Part shown: positions 16,665-26,076 of the stretch, piece after piece
Layout: the number at the start of each line of letters is the position of its first letter
How positions within the stretch are numbered: the first letter of the stretch is position 1
From: an uncultured Clostridia bacterium
GTDB taxonomy: Bacteria > Bacillota > Clostridia > TANB77 > CAG-508
Direction: 5' to 3'
Length of the DNA stretch: 64,000 nt
NCBI GenBank assembly: GCA_934157035.1
Contig: CAKPHG010000001.1
Location: forward strand, 73,342 to 137,341
Notes under the pieces: generated by a model
What the model saw: only the letters and a program-made list of their open reading frames with translations
Database searches by the model: none
Told to the model about the DNA's origin: nothing
Position numbers and translations under genes: made by a program

Positions 16665-18587
16665 TTACTCTGTTACTAATTTGTTACTAGACTCATATTT
16701 GCTCATCCATATTCCTTTTAAATTCTTACTTCCGTCTTCTCCACTTGGTGTAAATGCTGGATGCACTATAAAGTTCTCTGGTAAAGTATCTCCATACAAA
16801 TCTTTTTCCATTGGCTTATTGTCTAAATCTATAAATATAATTTCTATTTCTTTAGTTGCTTCATTTATACTATAAGCATATCTAGGAATCCATACCCACC
16901 ATGCTTCTAATCCATTTCCTGTTGTTTTTATATTTGCCCATACTTTATTTGGATAAGAATACCATGTATTATCATTATTTATTGTATCTAAATTTGCATC
17001 TTTTAGTAATACTTCACTTGTAAATGTATTTGTTGATTTATCATAAAGTTCTATATATGTATAGTTTTGGTCAAATCCTGTCATATCTGGTGCATAACAT
17101 TTGTAAGCCATTTGTGACTGGTCTGTAACTGTTACGTTACTAGTTTCATATTTACTCATCCATATTCCCTTTAAATTCTTACTTCCGTCTTCTCCGCTTG
17201 GTGTAAATGCTGGATGTACTATAAAATTAGAAGGGAGTGTATCTCCATATTTTTCTTTTTCAAATGGTTTATTGTTCAAATCTATAAATATAACTTCTAC
17301 TTCTTTAGAAGCTTCATTTACACAATAAGCATATCTAGGAACCCATACCCACCATGCCTCTAATCCAGAACCTGTAGTTTTTACATTTGCCCATACTTTA
17401 TCTTTGTATGAATACCATTCATTATTATTGTTTATTGTATCTAAGTTCGCATCTCTTAATAATACTTGACTTGTAAAAGTTTCTGATGTTTTATCATATA
17501 ATTCTATATATGTATTATTTTTATTAAATCCTGTTAAATCAGGTGCATAGCAAATATTTCCTCTTCCTTCTTGTTTTGTTACATCCACATTACTAGACTC
17601 ATATTTACTTACCCATATTCCTTGTAAGTTTTTACTTCCATCTTCTCCACTTGGTACAAACGCTGGATGAAGTTCATACCCTTCTGGAAGTTCTGTATAC
17701 TTTGTTCCTATTGGCTTATTATTTAGATCTACAAATATAACATCCATATTTTTATCTTCTAATTTGTAAGCATATCTAGGAACCCATACCCACCATGCTT
17801 CTAATCCATTTCCTGTTGTTTTTATATTTGCCCATATTTTATTTTTATAACTATCTAATACATATATTTTATCTTCTTCTAATATTTTACTTTGTTTTCC
17901 ATTTTGAATATACTCTGTTACTGGAATTTCTTTTAAGTCTGTTAAATCATCTTCATTGTAATATTCCATATATGTAGAATATTTATTAAATCCATTCATA
18001 TTTGGACTATACCAACCAATATCTTCATATATTGTTATCTTTGGTTCATCTTCTATTTCTGGACTCTCTTTTTGTGTTTCTTGTTGACCTTCTCCATTTA
18101 ATGTATGATGCCTTTTTCCAAAATATTTTTCTCCTTTTACATCATAAAGTTGTATTGTATCTGTATTTATTATATATTCTCTTTTTGTTTTAATTTTATT
18201 TCTGTCTATATAATACAAGTTTAAAGTTGTTATATCATCTGTACCACTTATTGACTGGATTTCTGCCTTTAAAGTTTCTTGTAAGCCATCTATTTCTGAT
18301 GATTGGAGTTTATTTGCAACTGGTAAATTATCTACATTTGAAGCAAGTATTTCTGCCAATATACTATCTGCTTCTTTATTAAGTTTGTATGTTTGAACAG
18401 CTTCTTCTACTTGTCTAAATCTACTTTTAAAACTTGCTTCTTTTGCTTTTTCTACTATTCCTTCTTGTCCAAATAATATATTTATACTTACCCCTGCTAA
18501 AATTATTAATATAATTATTGTTATTACTAGAGCTATAAGGGTTATACCTTTTTTATCTTTTAAAATTCTATCACCTATTTTTTTCAT
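16665..18587 (-). CDS. Large prepilin-signal-like (class III signal, lacking Glu5) protein with 3.5 tandem ~150-aa repeats. Minor-pilin/pseudopilin-like or membrane-anchored surface protein.
   Basis: N-terminus MKKIGDRILKDKKG|ITLIALVITIIILIILAGVSI resembles the KG/FTLIE prepilin motif but has Ala at +5. C-terminal repeats carry KxWANxKTTGxGLEAWWVWVPRYAY...HPAFxPSGEDGSKNLxGIWxSKYExSN...CYAPDxTGF...YIELYDK...WYSY. SD GAGGAATCAAAATG. Confidence 0.6.
   Translation of the reverse strand: MKKIGDRILKDKKGITLIALVITIIILIILAGVSINILFGQEGIVEKAKEASFKSRFRQVEEAVQTYKLNKEADSILAEILASNVDNLPVANKLQSSEIDGLQETLKAEIQSISGTDDITTLNLYYIDRNKIKTKREYIINTDTIQLYDVKGEKYFGKRHHTLNGEGQQETQKESPEIEDEPKITIYEDIGWYSPNMNGFNKYSTYMEYYNEDDLTDLKEIPVTEYIQNGKQSKILEEDKIYVLDSYKNKIWANIKTTGNGLEAWWVWVPRYAYKLEDKNMDVIFVDLNNKPIGTKYTELPEGYELHPAFVPSGEDGSKNLQGIWVSKYESSNVDVTKQEGRGNICYAPDLTGFNKNNTYIELYDKTSETFTSQVLLRDANLDTINNNNEWYSYKDKVWANVKTTGSGLEAWWVWVPRYAYCVNEASKEVEVIFIDLNNKPFEKEKYGDTLPSNFIVHPAFTPSGEDGSKNLKGIWMSKYETSNVTVTDQSQMAYKCYAPDMTGFDQNYTYIELYDKSTNTFTSEVLLKDANLDTINNDNTWYSYPNKVWANIKTTGNGLEAWWVWIPRYAYSINEATKEIEIIFIDLDNKPMEKDLYGDTLPENFIVHPAFTPSGEDGSKNLKGIWMSKYESSNKLVTE
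16668..17990. repeat. Intragenic tandem DNA repeats (~450 bp x ~3) encoding the protein repeats of the 16665..18587 gene
   Basis: Near-identical stretches begin at ~16690, ~17150 and ~17600 (e.g. catatt(t/c)gctcatccatattcc(t/c)tttaaattcttacttccgtcttctcc(a/g)cttggtgtaaatgctggatg). Confidence 0.7.
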
Positions 18588-18762
18588 TTTGATTCCTCTT
18601 ATGTTTTTCTCTTTTATTCAGTAAAATTTTATCATTACGTTATTTATTTGTCAACGAATATATATCTTTTTATAAGATAAAAAAAAATATACCAAATTTG
18701 CATTAGTTTACATATTATGTTATAATATAGTTAGTAACTAATACTTTTTATGGAGGTACTTT

Positions 18763-18927
18763 ATGGACATAGAAACTTATATTTATACATTGGGCAGTAG
18801 ACGGAATGAAAAAAAATCCTCTAGAAGAAGAGGAAATTTTCCAACTTCATCCCCTTATGTAGCTCCAGCCAAACTTGAATTGATGAATTTTAATAAAAAA
18901 TCATTTCAAGTTTCAAAAACTGAATAG
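18763..18927 (+). CDS. Small basic protein (54 aa) with its own promoter-like region, strong SD and terminator. Unknown function.
   Basis: GGAGGtactttATG. MDIETYIYTLGSRRNEKKSSRRRGNFPTSSPYVAPAKLELMNFNKKSFQVSKTE. Followed by terminator aaaacagagaaatatttctctgtttttt (18930..18960). Confidence 0.4.
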   Translation: MDIETYIYTLGSRRNEKKSSRRRGNFPTSSPYVAPAKLELMNFNKKSFQVSKTE

Positions 18928-18929
18928 TG

Positions 18930-18960
18930 AAAAAACAGAGAAATATTTCTCTGTTTTTTA
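18930..18960. terminator. Bidirectional intrinsic terminator (AACAGAGAAA/TTTCTCTGTT) between the small + ORF and ytfJ
   Basis: gtgaaaaaacagagaaatatttctctgttttttatttt. Confidence 0.7.
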
Positions 18961-18963
18961 TTT

Positions 18964-19536
18964 TTAATCTATATTTTTTGTTTCATTATTATCCATCATA
19001 TCTTCGTTATAATCTGAATTAAATTTTACAGTTCTATTCTTTTTAGGGTGTATCTTGTTTATATTTGGAATTGTAATTGTACCATTACTTTTGCCCTCTT
19101 CGTTTTTTTCTACTTCATATTCTTTATTACATAATTGTTTGCTTATTATTTCATTTGTTTTTTCTATTAAGTCTGGAACATAGTCTAATAGTCTATCTAC
19201 TGCTGAACTGTGTTCTATTGGTAAAATTTTTACATTGTTTTCTTGTACTACTAAAAAAGCCACTGGTGAAATACTTACTCCTGCTCCACTTCCTCCACCA
19301 AAAGGTAATTTGTATTGAATTTGTTCATCCTTATCCTTTCTTGTATATTCGTCTATTGTCTCACCTTTAAACTCACTTCCTCCTGAGGCAAATCCAAAAC
19401 CTACCTTTGAAATTGGAATTATAACTATATTGTTTGATGTCTCTATTGGTTCACCTATAATAGTATTTACATCTACCATATCTCTTATGCTATTCATTGC
19501 TGTAAGCATAAGTCCTTCTATTGGATGATCTGTCAT
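18964..19536 (-). CDS. ytfJ: Sporulation protein YtfJ/GerW family
   Basis: MTDHPIEGLMLTAMNSIRDMVDVNTIIGEPIETSNNIVIIPISKVGFGFASGGSEF...FGGGSGAGVSISPVAFLVV matches the YtfJ family consensus (MSEHPIQGLM...VSKVGFGFAAGGSEF). Confidence 0.8.
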   Translation of the reverse strand: MTDHPIEGLMLTAMNSIRDMVDVNTIIGEPIETSNNIVIIPISKVGFGFASGGSEFKGETIDEYTRKDKDEQIQYKLPFGGGSGAGVSISPVAFLVVQENNVKILPIEHSSAVDRLLDYVPDLIEKTNEIISKQLCNKEYEVEKNEEGKSNGTITIPNINKIHPKKNRTVKFNSDYNEDMMDNNETKNID

Positions 19537-20125
19537 CTTTCTTACTTCCTTTCTTTAATATATATAACATACTACAAATAATATGTACTATTTTTATTTT
19601 GATTATACTATATAGCTCTATATTGTACTCATTTTTTTGATTATATATTGGATTCACTTTATAATATATCTTTTTTATTTCTTTTTTGTTTGTTACAAAT
19701 GGTAGCAATATAGAAATAATACTTGCAACACTTCCAACAATATAGCTTGTACTTACAACATCTATTGTTCCTATATCTATTCTTAAATTTAGACTTTTTA
19801 GCTTAACTTTAAGCATTTTTATAGCTCTAAATATATATTTTTTATTTGGTATTTTATTTTTTATTTTCTTATAATCTATTTTTTCTAGTTTTTTACTAGA
19901 ATAAAGCTTTCTCATTTTTTTACTATTTAAATTTGTCCAAAATATAGGAATTCTCCCCAGAAACAATAACTTAATTTTTACTTTATAACTTCCATTTCTT
20001 TCTTTATTTTTTAAGTTTGTTATTTTCATATTTTGTATTTGTATATTTATCGTTGAAAGTACAATAATTGTTGTTAAAAATGCTATTACAACTAATATAG
20101 ATAAAAAAATAAAAACTAATATCAT
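19490..20125 (-). CDS. YtfI-like (DUF2953) sporulation membrane protein, overlapping ytfJ start by ~47 nt
   Basis: N-terminal TM. Lys-rich. The ytfI-ytfJ pairing is conserved in spore formers. Family call is by context and composition. Confidence 0.5.
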   Translation of the reverse strand: MILVFIFLSILVVIAFLTTIIVLSTINIQIQNMKITNLKNKERNGSYKVKIKLLFLGRIPIFWTNLNSKKMRKLYSSKKLEKIDYKKIKNKIPNKKYIFRAIKMLKVKLKSLNLRIDIGTIDVVSTSYIVGSVASIISILLPFVTNKKEIKKIYYKVNPIYNQKNEYNIELYSIIKIKIVHIICSMLYILKKGSKKDDRSSNRRTYAYSNE

Positions 20126-20172
20126 CTTTTCCTCCTGATATTAGTTTTTCCACTTTTATTCTATTTAAACTT

Positions 20173-20940
20173 TTATACAACCTTTTTTCTTTTTTCTACA
20201 ACTATATCTCCAAACAATTCTTCTTGTGTTGTTACTACTTTACTTCTTCTAGATAATTCTAAAAGTCCTGTAAATGCTGTTACCACTTCTTGTTTGTTAT
20301 TTTCTGAAACCTTATATAATTTATTAAAAATAAACTTTGGTTTTCTTAATAGTTCTCTAAACATTTCTTTTACTTTGCTTCCAACTGTATATGTATCTGT
20401 TATTGCTATCTTTTCTATATTTTTTGCATTTTGATTTAATCTATTTTTATTATTATTTATTATTTGTTCATAAAGTTCTACTATAGTTTCTTTTTTATAT
20501 TCAATTTCTATTTTCTGCTTTGGAAGTTCTATTTGTTCTTGTAATTTATAAAATCTTTTTGAGTTTTCCTCAAAATATTCTCTTAATTTCTTAGATATTT
20601 CTTTATATTTTTTATATTCAATTATTCTTTGTAATAGTTCTTCTTCTGTTAGTTCTTTTTCATCTTCTACTTCACTTGGTAATAAATTTCTAGACTTAAT
20701 ATACAATAGTGTAGATGCCATTATTATGAATTCACTAGTTATTTCTAAATTCATTTTTTCCATTTTGTTTATATATTCTATATATTGGTCTGTTATTTCA
20801 CTTATTTTTATATCATATATATCCATTTTATTTCTATCAATTAAATGGCACAATAAATCAAGTGGTCCTTCAAAATTTTCTAATTTTATTGCATATTTAT
20901 TTGTTTCTAGCGTTAATACATTTTGCATTATATTTTCCAT
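20173..20940 (-). CDS. scpA: Segregation and condensation protein A
   Basis: FEGPLDLLCHLIDRNKMDIYDIKISEITDQY, the hallmark ScpA N-terminus. Confidence 0.9.
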   Translation of the reverse strand: MENIMQNVLTLETNKYAIKLENFEGPLDLLCHLIDRNKMDIYDIKISEITDQYIEYINKMEKMNLEITSEFIIMASTLLYIKSRNLLPSEVEDEKELTEEELLQRIIEYKKYKEISKKLREYFEENSKRFYKLQEQIELPKQKIEIEYKKETIVELYEQIINNNKNRLNQNAKNIEKIAITDTYTVGSKVKEMFRELLRKPKFIFNKLYKVSENNKQEVVTAFTGLLELSRRSKVVTTQEELFGDIVVEKRKKVV

Positions 20941-20945
20941 CCTTT

Positions 20946-21398
20946 TTACTCTTCTATTTTTTCAATAGCTTGTCTAATATTTTCTTCTTTATAACCTTTT
21001 TTTAGCAAATATGTTTTTATTTCTGTTTCGTCCATATTTACTGATTTTTTTATTGCTATATTCTCTGCTGATTTTCTTTCATATTCTTCTAATTCTTCTG
21101 CATTTTTTGAAATATAGTCTTCTAACATAGATGATGAAATACCTTTTGATATTAGTTTATATTTAATTTCCTTAACAGAAAGATTTTTTAGAGCCATATA
21201 TTCATTAACTGCTCTATTTATGTATGTTTCATCACTTATATAACCATTTTGTTTTAGCTCTTCTATGATATCTTCTAACATATTTTCTTCTATTAAAGAT
21301 TTAAATTTAGTTTTTATCTCTTTTATAGTCCTTTTTTTATATATTACATATTTTAATACTTTGGTTTTTTCTTTATCATATTCTTCTATGGTATACAT
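20946..21398 (-). CDS. recX: RecA regulator RecX
   Basis: 150 aa. Three helical repeats with RecX pattern (LKYVIYKKRTIKEIKTKF..., ELKQNGYISDETYINRAV, KLISKGISSSMLEDYI, YLLKKGYKEENIRQAIEKI). Lies immediately downstream of recA. Confidence 0.65.
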   Translation of the reverse strand: MYTIEEYDKEKTKVLKYVIYKKRTIKEIKTKFKSLIEENMLEDIIEELKQNGYISDETYINRAVNEYMALKNLSVKEIKYKLISKGISSSMLEDYISKNAEELEEYERKSAENIAIKKSVNMDETEIKTYLLKKGYKEENIRQAIEKIEE

Positions 21399-21517
21399 AT
21401 ATTTCTTCCTTACTACTTTTTTTCACATTTTACTACAAAAAAACAAAAATAGCAAGACAATTCTTCTTGCTATCTTTTGTTTTATATACTATTTTTAAGT
21501 CTATTTATAAACTTTTA

Positions 21518-22570
21518 TTATTCTTCTGAATCTTCTTCATCTTCTTCAACTTCATCACCTAAACTCTTTTCAAATGCTTCATTGAAGTTTGCTCTAATTT
21601 TTTCTTCTATTTCTTTTGCTATTTCTGGATTGTCTTGTAAATATTTCTTTACATTTTCTCTACCTTGTCCAATTCTTTCTCCATTATATGCAAACCAAGA
21701 TCCACTTTTTTCTATTATATCTAAATTAACAGCTATATCTAATATATTTCCTTCTTTTGAAATTCCTTTTCCATATACAATGTCAAATTCAGCTTCTCTA
21801 AATGGTGGTGCAACTTTATTTTTTACAACTTTAACTCTTGCACGGTTTCCAACTACTTCACCATCTTGTTTAATATTTTCTACTTTTCTAATATCTAAAC
21901 GAACTGATGCATAGTATTTTAATGCTCTACCACCTGCTGTTGTTTCAGGGTTACCAAACATAACTCCTACTTTTTCTCTTAATTGGTTTATAAAAATAAT
22001 AACTGATTTTGATTTATTTATAGCTCCTGCTAATTTTCTTAATGCTTGTGACATAAGTCTTGCTTGAAGACCAATGTGTGAATCCCCCATATCTCCATCT
22101 ATTTCAGCTTTTGGAACTAGTGCTGCAACAGAGTCTATAACTATAACATCTAAAGCTCCACTTCTAACTAATGCTTCAGCTATTTCTAGTGCTTGCTCTC
22201 CTGTATCTGGTTGAGATACTATTAAATTGTCTATATCTACACCTAAGTGTTTAGCATATACTGGATCTAGTGCATGTTCTGCATCTATAAAAGCTGCTTC
22301 TCCACCTAATTTTTGTGCTTCTGCTATCATGTGTAATGCTAATGTTGTTTTTCCAGAAGATTCTGGACCATATACTTCTACTATTCTTCCTCTAGGAATT
22401 CCTCCTATTCCTAATGCTATATCTAAGCTTAATGCTCCTGTTGGTATTGCTTCTACATTCATTGCTTGAAAATCTCCAAGTTTCATTACTGAACCTTTAC
22501 CAAATTGTTTTTCTATTTGACCTAATGCAGCTTCTAATGCTTTCATTTTTTCTGAATTTTGTTTTTCCAT
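21518..22570 (-). CDS. recA: Recombinase RecA (start at the Met with SD AGGAGG; track ORF begins at a TTG at 22600)
   Basis: GPESSGKTT Walker A. Loops L1/L2. Acidic C-terminus. aggaggaagtaaaATG. Confidence 0.95.
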   Translation of the reverse strand: MEKQNSEKMKALEAALGQIEKQFGKGSVMKLGDFQAMNVEAIPTGALSLDIALGIGGIPRGRIVEVYGPESSGKTTLALHMIAEAQKLGGEAAFIDAEHALDPVYAKHLGVDIDNLIVSQPDTGEQALEIAEALVRSGALDVIVIDSVAALVPKAEIDGDMGDSHIGLQARLMSQALRKLAGAINKSKSVIIFINQLREKVGVMFGNPETTAGGRALKYYASVRLDIRKVENIKQDGEVVGNRARVKVVKNKVAPPFREAEFDIVYGKGISKEGNILDIAVNLDIIEKSGSWFAYNGERIGQGRENVKKYLQDNPEIAKEIEEKIRANFNEAFEKSLGDEVEEDEEDSEE

Positions 22571-22616
22571 TTTACTTCCTCCTACTTTTCGTTTGTTCAA
22601 ACGCTTGTTTGTAATT

Positions 22617-22644
22617 ATTATATACTAAGTTTTTATTTTGTCAA
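22617..22644 (-). promoter_or_regulatory. Sigma-A promoter of recA (TTGACA-16-TATAAT)
   Basis: Minus strand reads TTGACAaaataaaaacttagtaTATAAT about 45 nt upstream of the recA SD. A 14-nt palindrome CGTTTGAACAAACG (22590..22603) lies in the leader. Confidence 0.5.
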
Positions 22645-22660
22645 GTACTTTTTTCATTTT

Positions 22661-24241
22661 TTATTTTCTATACCATTCTTCTATTCCATAATAACTAAAA
22701 TAATTATTACCTGTAATTTTTCCAGTCAAATTTTGGCTTTTTACTATAGTTATCTTATTTCTATATAAGCTTATAAAAGGTTGTTCCTCATTGTATATAT
22801 TTATAATTTTTTTATATTTTTCTGCTACAATTTTTTCTTCATTTGTATTTTTTACTTCTGTTAATAATTTGCTTAATTCTTCACTATTATAATTTTGTAA
22901 ATTATTATCTCCAAAAAAAGTTTCTAAATTAGGTGAGTATGAATTATAAACTCCTGTTATTATGATTTCATAATTTTTATTTTCTAATATTTGTTTATAG
23001 GTTGCCTCAGAAACTTTTTGAATTGTAATTCTTATTCCTACCTCTTCTAGTTGTTTCTTTATATTTTCTGCAACATACAATCTCTTTTCATCATTTTTGT
23101 TTACTGTAACTGTAAATTTTAATCTTTTAGTTTTATAGTTTTCTGTCTTTTGCCAATACTTATTCTTATATTCCCATCCGTTTTCTTGCAATATATTTTT
23201 AAACTGTTCTTGATTATATTCTATTTTTTCACTTTCATATAAGTAACTTCCATAATCTAAAGGAAAATTTGAAGTATAACATTGATTATTATAAATACTT
23301 GAAACTATATTGTTTTTATCTATTGCATAATTTATTGCTTTTCTTACATTTTTATCTTGCAAAATATTATTTTGACAATTAAAAGCTAAATAGTCAAATT
23401 GCCTTCCTTTTATTTCTGTTTTTGAATATCCAATTGTTCCAATATACTCTTCCAAATTAGTATTTGCAGTTGTTATTATATCCACTTTCCCTAACTTAAA
23501 ACTATTATATACCTCACCAACTTCAGAGTATATTTTTATTTGTATAGTTTCGACTTTTGCATTTTTATTTTTTATATTCCACCATTTTTCATTTTTTACT
23601 AGTTTAATTTCAGAACTATTTATAGATTCTATTTTATACATACCCGTTCCAATAGGAGTTTTGGTAGATGTATATATATCTTCTCCTACATAATACATAC
23701 TAGGTAAAATAGGAAATATTAAATTATACTCAAAGAATGGTTCTTCTTCAGTTAAATTAATTCTTACAGTATTTGTGTCTAATACTTCTACATTTTCAAC
23801 TTTTTCCACATTGCTAGAATATATTGAATTTCCTTCTTTTAATTTTTCTATTGTGTATTGTATATCTTTAGCAAGAAGAGGATTTCCGTTATGCCATTTT
23901 ACGTCATTATCAATTTTTATTATATATGAAGTATTTGATATTTTTGAGCACTCTGTTGCCAAACAATTTTTTATTCTGTAATTCTCATCAATTTCCATTA
24001 ACGGTTCAAAAATTAACTTGCTCACATTTAATACTTCTTTGTTTTTTGTTGCTATTGGATTTATTGTATCAAAATTTGAAATTCCAAGTCTAATATCTTT
24101 TATTTGCGTAACTTCTTCTACTATATTTTCTTCTACATTATTTTGTTTCTTTTGGTTATTAAAATAAATCATATAGATAGCAAAAATAACAATAATTACA
24201 ACAAATATAATAAAGACATATTTAAAGAAATTTGATTTCAT
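22661..24241 (-). CDS. Membrane-anchored solute-binding protein, family 5 (peptide/nickel ABC-type SBP-like)
   Basis: N-terminal TM. Length (526 aa) and SBP_bac_5-like N-terminal (FDTINPIAT...LIFEPLMEID) and C-terminal (ITGVYNSYSPNLETFF) regions. No cognate permease is adjacent. Confidence 0.5.
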   Translation of the reverse strand: MKSNFFKYVFIIFVVIIVIFAIYMIYFNNQKKQNNVEENIVEEVTQIKDIRLGISNFDTINPIATKNKEVLNVSKLIFEPLMEIDENYRIKNCLATECSKISNTSYIIKIDNDVKWHNGNPLLAKDIQYTIEKLKEGNSIYSSNVEKVENVEVLDTNTVRINLTEEEPFFEYNLIFPILPSMYYVGEDIYTSTKTPIGTGMYKIESINSSEIKLVKNEKWWNIKNKNAKVETIQIKIYSEVGEVYNSFKLGKVDIITTANTNLEEYIGTIGYSKTEIKGRQFDYLAFNCQNNILQDKNVRKAINYAIDKNNIVSSIYNNQCYTSNFPLDYGSYLYESEKIEYNQEQFKNILQENGWEYKNKYWQKTENYKTKRLKFTVTVNKNDEKRLYVAENIKKQLEEVGIRITIQKVSEATYKQILENKNYEIIITGVYNSYSPNLETFFGDNNLQNYNSEELSKLLTEVKNTNEEKIVAEKYKKIINIYNEEQPFISLYRNKITIVKSQNLTGKITGNNYFSYYGIEEWYRK

Positions 24242-24411
24242 AGTTCACCTCTTACTTTTTCTCTATCATATAAGATATTATCTCTTTTTGCAAGATTTAT
24301 TCAATTTTTATTTTGGAAATAATTAAGATTAAAAAATTATATATGATTTAAAAATCTAGATTTACATTTAGAGCTTAAAAAACTCTAAATGCAAATTTAA
24401 ATACTTTTTTA

Positions 24412-24675
24412 TTATTTTCTTGATTCTACAATAATTTTTATACCAGTTCTATCTTCTCCTTCGACTTCAACCTCTGCGAATGCTGGTATACATACTAAAT
24501 CCACTCCTGCTGGTGCTACAAAACCTCTAGCTATAGCTACCGCCTTTACTGCTTGATTTAATGCTCCTGCTCCAATTGCTTGCATTTCTGCTTTGTTTTC
24601 TTCTTTTACCAAACCTGCTATAGCTCCAGCTACTGAGTTTGGGTTTGATTTTGATGAAATTTTTAAAACTTCCAT
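24412..24675 (-). CDS. spoVS: Stage V sporulation protein S
   Basis: MEVLKISSKSNPNSVAGAIAGLVKE...AIGAGALNQAVKAVAIARGFVAPAGVDLVCIPAF is near-identical in pattern to B. subtilis SpoVS. Confidence 0.9.
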   Translation of the reverse strand: MEVLKISSKSNPNSVAGAIAGLVKEENKAEMQAIGAGALNQAVKAVAIARGFVAPAGVDLVCIPAFAEVEVEGEDRTGIKIIVESRK

Positions 24676-24805
24676 TTTTTGCCTCCTATAATTTTATTTT
24701 TATTTGAATTACAGGTATAGTTATATTATAAAAATTTCAAAATGTCTAGTAATTTTTGGTAAAAAATGGAAAAACTTTTCTTTTATTTTTGCTATTTTTC
24801 GCCAT

Positions 24806-25579
24806 TTATTTTATATTTACTCTTTCTACTGATACAGTTCGACAATTTTCGTCATTTATTTCTATTATACAGCCATTAAGAATACAACTTCCTTCTGCTA
24901 ATTTATATCTTTCCGGAAGTGATGTTACAAATCTTTTTACAGATGCCTCTACATCCATTCCTATTACAGAATTTTTAGGTCCAGTCATTCCTATATCTGT
25001 AATATAAGCTGTTCCTTTTGTTGTTACTTCTTCATCTGCTGTTTGTACATGTGTATGTGTTCCAAATATTGCAGTAACCTTTCCATCTAGAAAATGTTTC
25101 ATTGCTATTTTTTCTGCTGTTGCTTCTGCGTGGAAATCTACAATTATTATATCTGCTTTTCCTTTTACTTCATTTAATATATCTTCCATTTTAGAAAATG
25201 GGTTATCTGATTGAACTCCCATATCTGTTCTTCCTATTAAATTAACTACACATATATTTTTTCCGTTTTGGTTATATATGTGGTAACCTTTTCCCACAAC
25301 TCCTCTTGAGTAGTTTGCTGGTCTATTTATCAAATCGTCATCTATAAATGTAAATATATCTTTTTTACCCCATGTATGATTTCCCATAGTAATTGCATTT
25401 ACATTTAATCTTTTTAAATCATTGAAAATAGCTGTTGTTATTCCCATTCCTCCTGCTGAGTTTTCTGCATTTACAATTACAAAATCTATTTTAGCTTCTT
25501 GCCTTAATTTAGGTAAAACTTCTTTTAGTTTTCTTACTCCACTTTCTCCTACTAAATCTCCTACTGCTAATACTCTCAT
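24806..25579 (-). CDS. ymdB: YmdB-family metallophosphoesterase (2',3'-cNMP phosphodiesterase, TIGR00282)
   Basis: MRVLAVGDLVGESG...VIVNAENSAGGMGIT...ITMGNHTWGKKDIFTFIDDD...DFHAEATAEK...GTHTHVQTADE follows B. subtilis YmdB throughout. Confidence 0.85.
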   Translation of the reverse strand: MRVLAVGDLVGESGVRKLKEVLPKLRQEAKIDFVIVNAENSAGGMGITTAIFNDLKRLNVNAITMGNHTWGKKDIFTFIDDDLINRPANYSRGVVGKGYHIYNQNGKNICVVNLIGRTDMGVQSDNPFSKMEDILNEVKGKADIIIVDFHAEATAEKIAMKHFLDGKVTAIFGTHTHVQTADEEVTTKGTAYITDIGMTGPKNSVIGMDVEASVKRFVTSLPERYKLAEGSCILNGCIIEINDENCRTVSVERVNIK

Positions 25580-25760
25580 TTTATCGCCTTCCTTCTTTTT
25601 ACTACAAATAGCATACTATATTTTTTGTAATTTGTAAACATATTTGAATATTTTAAATATAGCTTGTATATACTTTTAAAAAGATAAAATACACATAATT
25701 AATTTAAATTTTTTTCATTATTATGTATGTAAATTAGTCTATTTAGAAAGGAATGATTTT

Positions 25761-25934
25761 ATGAATAGTAAAAGAGCTTTTGAAATTATAAATAATAAGG
25801 AAATTTGTGATGTTTTTTACAATAATGAACCTGTTTGGATTCAAGAAATAAATAATAATAAAGCAACTATTGGCTTTATGAACTTTAATGAAATAGAAAA
25901 TGTTAATATTGAAGATTTAAAAGAGTGTAAGTAG
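25761..25934 (+). CDS. sspH: Small acid-soluble spore protein, H-type (57 aa, below track cut-off)
   Basis: Manual translation gives MNSKRAFEIINNKEICDVFYNNEPVWIQEINNNKATIGFMNFNEIENVNIEDLKECK. This fits the SspH family pattern (M..RA.EI......I.V.Y.G.PV.I...). SD AAAGGAAtgattttATG. Confidence 0.55.
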   Translation: MNSKRAFEIINNKEICDVFYNNEPVWIQEINNNKATIGFMNFNEIENVNIEDLKECK

Positions 25935-26076
25935 AGTTATTAGCTATTTTTCTATTTGTCACAAAAATTGTCATAAAAAACACTTTTTTCAACATTTTTT
26001 TGACATTTTATGTTTGTTGGTATATAATATTTTTTAGACTAGCTCAAGAGCTATAATAAAAAGGAAGACAATATTT

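Noticed and set aside
21265-22768. Plus-strand ORFs 21265..21498, 21477..21914, 22227..22469, 22414..22614, 22559..22768 across recX/recA
   Set aside because: Antisense to recA/recX. Low complexity.
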